Shown piece by piece: positions 14,601 to 24,500 of a DNA stretch of 64,000 bases. A program made the translations under genes and the position numbers. The stretch is taken from assembly GCA_002633005.1 (NCBI GenBank), contig NMRA01000112.1:116819-180818 (forward strand), read 5' to 3'. The notes under the pieces are model-generated. The model searched no databases and had not been told where the DNA came from. It saw only the letters and a list, made by a program, of their open reading frames with translations. The stretch comes from Phoronis australis (Eukaryota; Animalia; Phoronida). Positions within the stretch are counted from its first letter, which is position 1; each line of letters begins with the position of its first letter.

Positions 14601-17600
14601 TTTTGCTGCCATAATATTTATTGTCAGCCATTTTTGCTGCAGAATTAGCTGTGATGATGTGGAAACGGTATATTGTCTGTTTGCCGTATTCGTCCTAATA
14701 ACCATCCATGGGCAAATACGGTACTTAATTTGTCTCACACTGTAATATCAAAGCTAGAGAGGTGACGTCTGTCTCTAGTAATATCAAAGCTAGAGAGGTG
14801 ACGTCTGTCTCTAGCAATATCAAAGCTAGAGAGGTGATGTCTGTCTCTAGTAATATCAAAGCTAGAGAGGTGACGTCTGTCTCTAGCAATATCAAAGCTA
14901 GAGAGGTGATGTCTGTCTCTAGTAATATCAAAGCTAGAGAGGTGATGTCTGTCTCTAGCAATATCAAAGCTAGAGAGGTGATGTCTGTCTCTAGTAATAT
15001 CAAAGCTAGAGAGGTGATGTCTGTCTCTAGCAATATCAAAGCTAGAGAGGTGATGTCTGTCTCTAGCTACTGACAGTTTTGAAGACAAGTGTGAACAACA
15101 TAGTACTATCAAAGATGAGATTGAAGTTCATCTATGTCTTAAGTACATGCACTAATGGTGAAAAAGAATATAGCTTATAACAGCAAATGGCAAAGAAGGA
15201 CATTTAGAAGAATGGACTTTCAATCTACTAATATCAAAAAATAGAAACAGGACAGTAGTCAGTGCTATACACCTGGCACAGTCATGAATTCATCAAAAGT
15301 CAATATTTAAATGTGTTCATTCAGTGCATACATTATTACGAACATGCACAAAGAAGACCATGTCAAATCTTCAATAGTGTAAAGTACTGTGCAAAAGTCT
15401 ATTACATTTGCTCATGCATCTTAAGGACATAATACTTGCTCATGCATCTTGAGGGCATAACACCTGGTCATGCATGTTGAGGACGTTATATTTGCTCATG
15501 CTTCTTGCGGGTATTATATTTGCCCATGCTTCTTTAGGGTATTATACTTGCTCATGCATCTTACCAAGTACTGAGACTGTCCTTGTCATGTGACAGGAAG
15601 TTGAGTTCAGTTTTGAGATGTTTGTTACTCCTTTCATAGTCGTCAATTAGCTCTTGTTGATAATCAATTCTAGTTAAGAAGGGTCAAAATACAACGTGAC
15701 AAGAAACGACAACATTTGAAATGGAATAAAATTTGAGAATTCTCAAAATTTCTTTCGACAGAGAATGAAAACATAAATCATCTGGGTGTTTTCCAAAAAT
15801 GTTCAACTTCTGTCTTAGGGCGTCAAAAAACGACATAAATTTGTCTCAAACATTTCTGACTGCTAATACTGTCTACTTCAGAATACTCCTAAAATCAAAA
15901 TTCCATAACCTAATTGGTTCCTGGATTGGTTTTCCAGATGTATAGGAAGTTTATGTCCACAAAACAAAATATGAAACGGAAGACAACACCAGTGTCAAAA
16001 AATCCAAAGACAACAGTTAAATCAATGTGCTTTCAGGAAACAGGACCCAGACTTAAAAGGCAAACATACTTGGCACGGAGGTCTTGAAGTTCTTTCTCAG
16101 AAAACATCTTGTCATTAGTCGACTGGCGCTGACTTCGAGACAGTTCATCTTTGGTGTCCTCGAGTCTGCAAACAAAATGAAAAAGTGTCACCAACAAATG
16201 TAACAAATTATCCACTTGAACAAAATAAACTCAAGAAATGCAACACTCATGATACACCAATCAATTGTAAAATTTCAAAACGTTAATTTTTTGTCGAAAA
16301 TATACTATAACATTTCCCTCTTGGACTAACACATAGCACTATGTCAAATGAAAAACCAATCACAAACTTACTCTTCTTGCAGGACGACATTGTCGTCTTT
16401 AGTAGCGGCCAGGTCAGCCTCCAACTGTGAGACGGAGCGCTCATATGTGTCTTGAATCTCTTCGATCTCTCGGTCTTTAGCAGCCACCTCTGCCAGTACA
16501 CTCAGGCTTGTGTCGGCCGTGACACTTCCACCGGATGCGAAGAACCCAGAGCCAAGCCATGGGAGCAGACGTGAACGGATGACACTAGCGCCACCATACA
16601 TGCCACCTAAGAAATACAACAAACATTGTGATGAAACTTTAATTCTATTTAAGGTTAATTGAGAACGAATCAATAATGTGGTCTTTACCTTGGAACACCT
16701 TCTTTCACATAAACGTGAGTGTTGGGGTTTTAATTTTAAAACGTGCTTGCTCACAAAAAAGGACTGGTGTGAAATAAAGTATGTTACACTTCTATGCTCA
16801 CAGATATTTTTTACCTGGCTAAATTAACAGCCTCTTTATTTTATCTTACTTCGACAATGGCCATTGGTGAGCTGCCAAAACAGCAATCAATATTAATAAA
16901 TGAAAATCTTGTAACTCAAGTTAAACATCAGTTCAAAATTGATAATTGAAATTTTCCATTGTTGAATTTAACACAAACGTTATGACTACTTGGCTATATG
17001 CTGCCCCTGAGAAACAAGTGAGAGTGACATCTCACCATCTGAAGCACACAAGCTGAGCAGCTTGAAGAGTTGTCCTTGCACTCTGCCATTGAGCTCGATA
17101 ATCTCACAACATCTCGCTACATTCTGATCACAAGAGATAATCTGCAATGAACAGAACCACCATGTTAGAGTCTTGTGCAGCCAATCGGAGGCAATCAACA
17201 AGCATATAAAGTAGAAGCCAAAAGTATTCAGACAAAATGATCTGGAATTATCCGTCATGACGGCTGAGTAGAACAGAAGCTAAATTCACCTTCAAAGTAG
17301 TCTTCCCTCCTGAACGAGAATTTAAATTGTTTATACACGAAATTTGGTGAGGTGGCAAAGCCAATCTGATTTTTGTCACTCTAATAGTTACTAGCAGTAA
17401 TTTTTGCTTTGAATAAAATCAGCTGTCATGATCGTAAAACAGTATTTTGTCTGATTTCTTTTGTCTTATATAGATTGATGTACTAGATTATAATTCAGGT
17501 ATAGATTAATTGGAAATTAAGCTGAGTTATTATACTATCAAAATATAACTATTCCAGTGACATTTGGCACTGATGCAGAATGACGACTGGGCATATTAAT

Positions 17601-20600
17601 ACTGCAGCCGGTTCATGAATGGGAAATTGCTACAGGGTATTCTCCTCAACAATGTCTGGTCGAATATATTGACCAAATTTAGTTTTGTTCAGGTTCTGGT
17701 GTCCGTGTATTTGCTGTAAAACTGTAGAACAGTTTCAGTGTTCTTGAAACCATAACACATAATTTCTCCCCAAATATGCAACCTGAGCATAGTTTGAAAA
17801 AAAATTTCCTTGAAAGAGCCACCAGGCATCTATTTGCCTCACCCTGATTCAGAAATGAATGGCACTCAACAAAAAGAGAAGGGAGGCTAAAAAATGACAG
17901 TTGGCTCTGGCCTGTTTTTTTTTGGAAAATCAAGCCTGTTGTGCACTACTTTTTAGTTGCTCACTTTTTGAAAGAAACCCGAGATGAGCGAAATGATGCA
18001 GGAATTTTTTCTCATTTCTTGGCAAATCATGGCATTTTAAACCAAGCTTATGTGCCTTTGTGCACCTCTTCAAAAAACATGAGACCTTTGCTCAAATTAA
18101 TTTTGGCCAGCATTGTTTTCTCAGTGAGCACAGGTCTGTGGTAGAGACCACATGCAACTATGCCTTCTTCCTTATGCTTATTCTAAACACATGATAAGAA
18201 AAAGGCATAGCCAAGAAGATGCTATGATGTGACAGTGCAATGTTTTTTTGTTTTTGTTTTTAAGTAACTGAACTACAATGATCGCAGTTAAGCAACATGA
18301 ACGACTTTTGCTTCAGAAGCATCAACTTTAAGCGCTACTCTGGACACAAGAGACCACTAGTATACTCCGATACTAGGACAGAATTGATTACTGATAATTA
18401 GTTCAGAACTCACTACTACTATGTTTCCTCCAATGACAACACAATTCAATGACATGCCTTTTAGCAACCTATTGTCTTTAGTTTATTCACTCTGTTCACT
18501 TCTCTTTGATGCAGCCTTCAAAAGCTTACTACAATCAATCTGCAATGGCTGACTAACCAGAATTAACATGGAATATTGATGAATTAGTCACCATCAACGT
18601 ACCAAATGAGAGTACAGTTTCTCAGCGTAGCACCCAATAGTCAGTTATAAGGAAATGCATACTGTTTCGCATTAACTATTTAAAGTGAAATATGAATTGT
18701 AAATTTGAATGAAAACTATGAAACACTGGACGTCAAATAGTCACAACTGATCACAACTTCTATTTGCCTCAAAATTCCAGCTTTGGTCTCCTAAACTCGA
18801 ATTCCGGATTTACAGTACAAATTATATGTACAGGTGCTTCTTAAGACTACACCCAAATGCCAAAGATATCCAGTGTCCAAACTCCATACTCCATACCATC
18901 GGTCTCTGGGCATCAAGATGTTTGGTGACCCAATACGCTATACTAGACTATTTTGGTGCATGTGTAAAGTTAATGGAAGCAATAGACAGTGTTTGCTGAT
19001 CAGAGTTTAGGGGATCAAGCCTGGAATTCAGAAGTGTGGCCACACTGGTGAGACTACTTATGTGTAAAAATGCATGTGGTCTTTATATAAGATTGGAACC
19101 AGTAGCCTTGGACACCATGAAAAAAGTCATGACAGCTACCAGAAGGTAATATTTTTTAATGTTACAAAAAGTTAAAAGCCTTTTTTACATAAAAATCACT
19201 GTAAATGGCATGAAATAAAATCAGATACAGTCAAATTTAATGTTCTAAAGATAACTCACATATTTTGATTTGGTTTTCTAATGTAGATTATTAGTCAATA
19301 ATAATTTGATAAATTACTAAAAGCACCTTTAAGCTACAAATTATATTCATAATAAACTATTTATGAAGGTTTGTGAGCTCTAATGATTCCAAGGAATTTA
19401 TTGATTACAGAACAGGCTGACCAGCATTTCCTGTGTAATAACCCATAAGATCAATTATTACTTAGATCCACTTAAGGGAAAATTCCCGTACGTGACATGG
19501 ACACAGAATGTTTCCAGCTAAGCTCCATAGAAATCGTAACCCACATATCCAAATAGTCTCAATTGACATGACATTCATATCTCATGATATAAGGTCAATT
19601 TTAATCTTACGTCAAAATAAAGCAAACATTGAATGATGTCACTGGATGCTTACGTACTACCTCAAAATCAAATCTAAGTGTTTACATTGCCTGGCTACCT
19701 AGATTTAATTGATAAGACTAGCGCTATGACCAGTAAATTCAAGTCTGAATGACATGCTAAGGTCAAAGGTTAATGTAAGCTGATCCATGTTATCAGACAA
19801 GAGACACTATGAACTCTGTTTAAAATTATCTCAATAGCCTAAACTAATAGGCCTGGTATTTAAAAACTATAAAATTTTTGTAAATTGGAAAATACACAAA
19901 ATAAATATGACAGTTTTAAAAATAATATTTAAAAATAGAACATTTGTAACTTAAAAACAACAGCACCAATGCAGATGAAAATACATAATTAGTAGTTCTA
20001 GGTATGATAGGGCACCCCTTCTCCTTGCACGAGTAACTGTAAATATATCCGGGACTCAAAAGGTTATAAATTTTCAATCAGAAAAAAATGTTTTTTAATC
20101 AATTGTAAAATCAAAATATTTTTGGCACAAAAATAAGTGCGACCAGAAGAGAACATGTTACCGCATGACCTATCATTATAATGTCCAAAGTTACTTTGTA
20201 ATGGACTAAAAGTAACTTTTAAAAACAATCAAATAAATTTCTGTGAAACACTGAGCAACAGTACAAGAGTAGACAGAATGGGTAAAATTTTATACTTCTT
20301 TTGCATCAGAAATATTCCAACCAAGCAGTTTTATTTAACTTTATTACAAGATAAATCAATTCATTAATAAGTACGGTAGAGAGCATTTATTTAGGATAGC
20401 AATATATTTAGTATACACCTGAATATCCCTAATGATAAAAAACATCAATTTATAGAATGAAGTACCCATAAACTGGTATTCTGTCCAAGAAACAATTTAA
20501 ACCAGAGCCATAATAATAAAATTGCTCAACTTCATTTCTGAGTTTGCAAATCAGAACTAACTCTAAGACAGTCAACTTGCAGTATACCTAGAGCTTGGAG

Positions 20601-21330
20601 TAAAGCAATAAAAAACTGTCATTTTTTCAAAGCCTCAAATCAGTTCTAAGTTGTCTATGAACAATTTGAGACCAATTCCATAACAGTAAGACGATACTAT
20701 TATTAAGATATGGTCTAGATTTGATTTTTGTCATGCAAATTTGGCGGTTTTACTGTAACTTCAAAAGGTGGTGACCTGTAGGAAATATTTGCATGCCAAA
20801 TAAATTGGTCTGTTAACAAGATGCAGAGCCAGTGGCATTACAGGCTGCTTATACAGTAAACAATAGGTAAATGTCCATACATCAACTAGCCTTACAAAGT
20901 CTAGCAGACAGAAAACTGCCCTTTAAAAATCTAGTCAAAATATCTACCAAATAACAGCAGCTCAGAGGTTTTCATGATTGATGGTACAAAAGGACAACAT
21001 ACCTACAGACTTAACTTTTAAACGAGTGTTCTTTCAATAAAGCATACATTTGGTCGTAAATTCCAACCCTAGATGAAGTTTACTGCAAACGGAAACTAAC
21101 CCCCCGTCCCTTTAAGCCCTTTAAGGTTTAACTTTCAAACAACCGAAGCAGCGAGTCATATTAAACTGGAAAACGACAAATCTTTTGAAATTAAAAATCA
21201 CACTGCACTAAGAATGTGATAAACTGTGACAAGCCCTACATACGTGATAATCAGCAAGCCATTTTTCCAGCTTTTCTTGCAAAATTCCGAACGTTCCAAT
21301 GTTGACCAGCCTGCGAAGAGAGTCCGCCAT
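5699..21330 (-). CDS. SPATA18: Mitochondria-eating protein (Mieap/SPATA18), multi-exon
   Basis: GT-AG exons in consistent phase: 21330-21244 ([29 protein letters not shown]), 17141-17036 ([29 protein letters not shown]), 16606-16372 ([19 protein letters not shown]), 16165-16070, 15669-15565, 13737-13543, 12670-12545, 11689-11476, 10884-10726, 9806-9631 ([12 protein letters not shown]), 9106-8980 ([31 protein letters not shown]), 7100-6938, 5784-5699. The N-terminus and the YRRSYDS..APLV..HVWP motif match SPATA18 as I recall it. Confidence 0.95.
6358..6443 (-). CDS. SPATA18: Putative alternative terminal exon of SPATA18 ([28 protein letters not shown])
   Basis: The tatttcag acceptor fits the phase-1 donor at 6938. 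The peptide is Ser/Arg-rich like the 5784-5699 exon. Confidence 0.55.
7492..8346 (-). CDS. SPATA18: Putative large alternative terminal exon of SPATA18 (284 aa, basic, Ser/Lys/Arg-rich)
   Basis: A long polypyrimidine tract ending cttttactctag directly precedes the ORF, in phase 0 with the donor at 8980. It is the longest ORF in the window and contains K/R-K/R-S-P-A-x-S repeats. Confidence 0.65.
   Translation of the reverse strand: MCDCEINEWPLPSSSRSFTIDRSARPHSSPCAAQSSCSYVNHRSGLLEPALKAFGSSSMSGASLRSQVSSQRSLGNANSLLDDDRRRPCCRKWSHGQDQLWRLGCSKSLRTPESERSVTVVIKGNKSKSEKAGNRESYRHKVQKNERKGTNVARQKITTAKKSAVVSKRSAVTKKYPAVSKKSPAFSARSPAMSRMSPYVSRKSPSHRPVRRNEQYLCERLSTLSMDSSVSSGADLPMVDCPYRTPPRCRRRGLDYVTQLYKRILTSKASTPSCLCRSRGLREY
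14744..15067. repeat. 36-bp minisatellite, 9 copies, in a SPATA18 intron
   Basis: Unit AATATCAAAGCTAGAGAGGTGAYGTCTGTCTCTAGY with no spacers; internal GCTAGAGA..TCTCTAGC inverted repeat. Confidence 0.95.
15405..15562. repeat. Degenerate ~28-bp tandem repeat, about 6 copies, abutting the donor of exon 15669-15565
   Basis: Repeated TACTTGCTCATGCATCTTGAGGGCATAA-like units. Confidence 0.8.
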
Positions 21331-21536
21331 TTTCGACGCTTTCAAGTGACGCATGCGTCACGATGACAACAATAGGAAATTTAAATACTTTTAGCAATTT
21401 TTGCGAATTAACTTACATAAAAGATATAAATTGTCATCAAAATATATAGTTTTAGACTAGTAATGAACCTTTAAACGAAAATTTAAGGCGATTATTGTTT
21501 TCTCTCAGCTGTGAGAAATTGCGAATGTGTAGAAAA
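21331..21536. promoter_or_regulatory. Compact bidirectional promoter between SPATA18 and SGCB
   Basis: Divergent ATGs at 21330(-) and 21537(+), both in AAAATGGCGG (YY1/Kozak-like) context. Perfect 16-bp palindrome GTGACGCATGCGTCAC at 21346-21361, overlapped by X-box-like GTCACGATGACAAC at 21357-21370. Confidence 0.75.
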
Positions 21537-24500
21537 ATGGCGGCAAGCAACAGTGTAGGTTTCAAAACATTGCTGTCTGCACGGGGTTATTGCAGAGGCT
21601 TGTTATTGCTAACGAAAAGAATTAGGACTCAGTATGAACTAATGTGACATAATTAGTGAAACCGTGCAGTGTCACATTCCAATATACAGCCATCAAAAAC
21701 AGTTGTGTTACAAAATAGCCAGAAATGATGAAAAAGTGACATTTAAATTTAATTCAGAGGCTCTGGGCCTGGGGCTGGGGGTTTGATGCTGTGTAGCTTA
21801 ATGGCTGAATTGTACAGTGTTGTGTATCATACTTTGGTTGTTGATTTGCAGTGACGGTGCCAGGCGCTAAAAGTCGAGTAGACAGGTCCGTCTTCAATAT
21901 GGCTGCCGAAAAACAACTGAACTTGGACAGTTTATTGGAAACTGGTTTCCGGCAGCCAGTTTGAAGAAGGGCTCGTTTATTCAATGTTAACCCTGCCAGC
22001 CTGTTGCCTTCAGCAAGTTCTGAAAAGAGGTGGTCTATTCTGACTGTCAAAATGGCATAGCCACCTTAATAAGTTTCCTGTTAATTTCCTTTCATGCTCA
22101 CTTATCAAGACTACTTCTCATAGTATGATGAATTAAATTTCCGCCAAGCTATCGTGACGGAGAATTCCAGGTCATTTTGTCTGGGTACTTTTATTGTATA
22201 GGCACACTTTTTTTCAGCGCGTGAATACCATCAACTTGTCAATGAGGGACAAGTCCCTTCACAAACGTCGTGTCAGCAAAGAGCACAACAGTAACTTTCG
22301 CGCTGGTTACGTACACATCAATGAGGAACAGCTCCACAAGACAGGCATCCGCGGACGGAAGCGATATGTCTTCTATGTAATACTAGCTCTACTCTTGTTG
22401 GTTGCTGTGGGAAACCTTCTGGTATGAGTATTCTCTTGACACGGGACAGGATGCTTTTTTAAAGAATCAACTTGGGCCATTTTTTTACGTGACCATCCTG
22501 TTTTTACTGGACTTGAAATTAAAATTTTTGTATGTTTTAGCTTAGCACAAATTCAAAGCTTGAAAATCTGTGTTTCTGTCTTTTTTCTGAAGAAACTGTT
22601 TGTGGCTCTTGTTGCAACAATTGTTAGCATTTCAGTCAGAAAAAATACTACTCTTACTGGAAAGTTTTTAAAATTGGTGGGATCATTTTTCTAGTCCTCA
22701 GTTGCTTGTTTTTGTTTCCAACAGGTGACAATAATTGTGCTGGGTGTGTTACATATCGACCATACAGGTATGCAAACACTGGAGTTCATACCCTACAGTA
22801 AATTACTCAGGTTCATTGGTGAGGCGACCTTTGACACCATCAATGTGCCCGCCCATAGTATTGGTAGCTATGGCGACAACAGTATTGACATAACTGCAGA
22901 CGAAGGTGATGTAAGTGACTGTCTTGTTCAAGCAATGCTATTTCTCATATAACGTTACCTCTAATTCAATTGTGACTTGAATTTCGGCGTCCCAAATTTT
23001 AGAAACTGTCCAAAACTGGAGAATTTTTACCCGTATTACCGTCCCCAACAAATGTTCTATTAAAGGTGTTCCTATGTGTTTTCTAACTTGAAGTTAGAAG
23101 CTTTTATTAGTTTGTTTCATTTTGAATAATTTCTGAGTAAATTTCTTGTTCAATCGAGGATTGAACTTTTACTTCGACGGGGACCACTGTCAGTACCGTA
23201 CTGTCACCAACTTCTAGTTTTAAGAGTGGTCACTATTTTTAAAGAATGAGCTCAGATATGTTCACAGATTATTCTTCAGTTTGTCCTGCAACAAAGTTAT
23301 TCTGAAATTTTTGCCACAAAAATGTTGATGTCGATCCGTTTTAAGTTGTTTACTTCCATTTTATAATCTTTGGTTTTGGATTTGCTTCACTGTAGGATGG
23401 AGTCAGATGGTAGTGCTTATAAATAGAAAAATTGTTCCTTCTACTCAAAAGTCGAAGTACTAGGTTATGAATGCTAGAGCTAACGTTTGATTTAAATTAT
23501 GTCCAACTAAACCTTGAAATACTGTCCACCATAAATCACACTTCGCATTCACCAGTTCATGATTTTCTCCTGTTGACTTGGCAAAGTTCAACTCATTAAT
23601 TCTAATTTGTCTCTTCAGTCATGGTGTTTCCTTGAAGTTTTCCACCAGTAGATGAAAGATTAAACTGAAAATTACACCTGCTGGTCTTGCATGCTCATAA
23701 CAAAGTTGAATAATAATAGTAAAAATTTTCAGTTTAATCCGTTGAAATCAAACCCTATCTACTTCCCCTTCATGTCGATCATGGTCGTGGGGACATGTGC
23801 AAGGAGGTTTGGCACTAATCAAATTAAGACAAGAGTTTTAGTCATGTCTAAATTTTTATGCGCCCACTTATTTAAATGTGGAGGCATTATGCCGTCATCT
23901 CCGTACGTCCGTACGTCCATGGTCCATGCGGGCGGCGTCCGTCTGGCGTCCGCTGCTCTATCTCCAAAACGTATGATCATGAAATTGTGCACGTGTGTTC
24001 CTTTTATGGATGGGACAGCATGAGCTAAGGTTCGGATGGATCCGATTACTGGTGTGCCCCCTGGCAATTTTAGTTTTTTACTTTTACCTCTGTATGTTCA
24101 AAGGTCTTCCACGTATTGTCATATAGGCATCTATTAGAGAGATGACACTATTCTCTCGTTTTCGGATGGATTTGATTTAGTTTGCACCACCTAGTGGCCA
24201 TTTTTTACTATTTTCGAGTCTGTTTTTTGGCATCCACCCCTCTATCAGCCAAACCGCTCTGAGAATGATTGTAAAAATTGGCATGTATGTTCTTACCATG
24301 AAGAGGGTCAAACTCATTAATGAACTTGAAGAAGGCAGAGAGTTCATTCTTGGGAATAATAATAACAAACATGCCGTCCACGTATCTCAACCACAATCTA
24401 GGGGGGTGGCCAGGGTACTGACTAAGAATGAGCAGTTCGAAAACCTCCATATATAGGTTTGCTACTATGGGAGATACGGGCGAGCCCATAGCACATCCAT

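Noticed and set aside
14744-15067. CRISPR-like 36-bp palindromic repeats and three repetitive ORFs
   Set aside because: The units are contiguous with no spacers, there are no cas genes, and it lies in a eukaryotic intron. The ORFs are by-products of a stop-free repeat.
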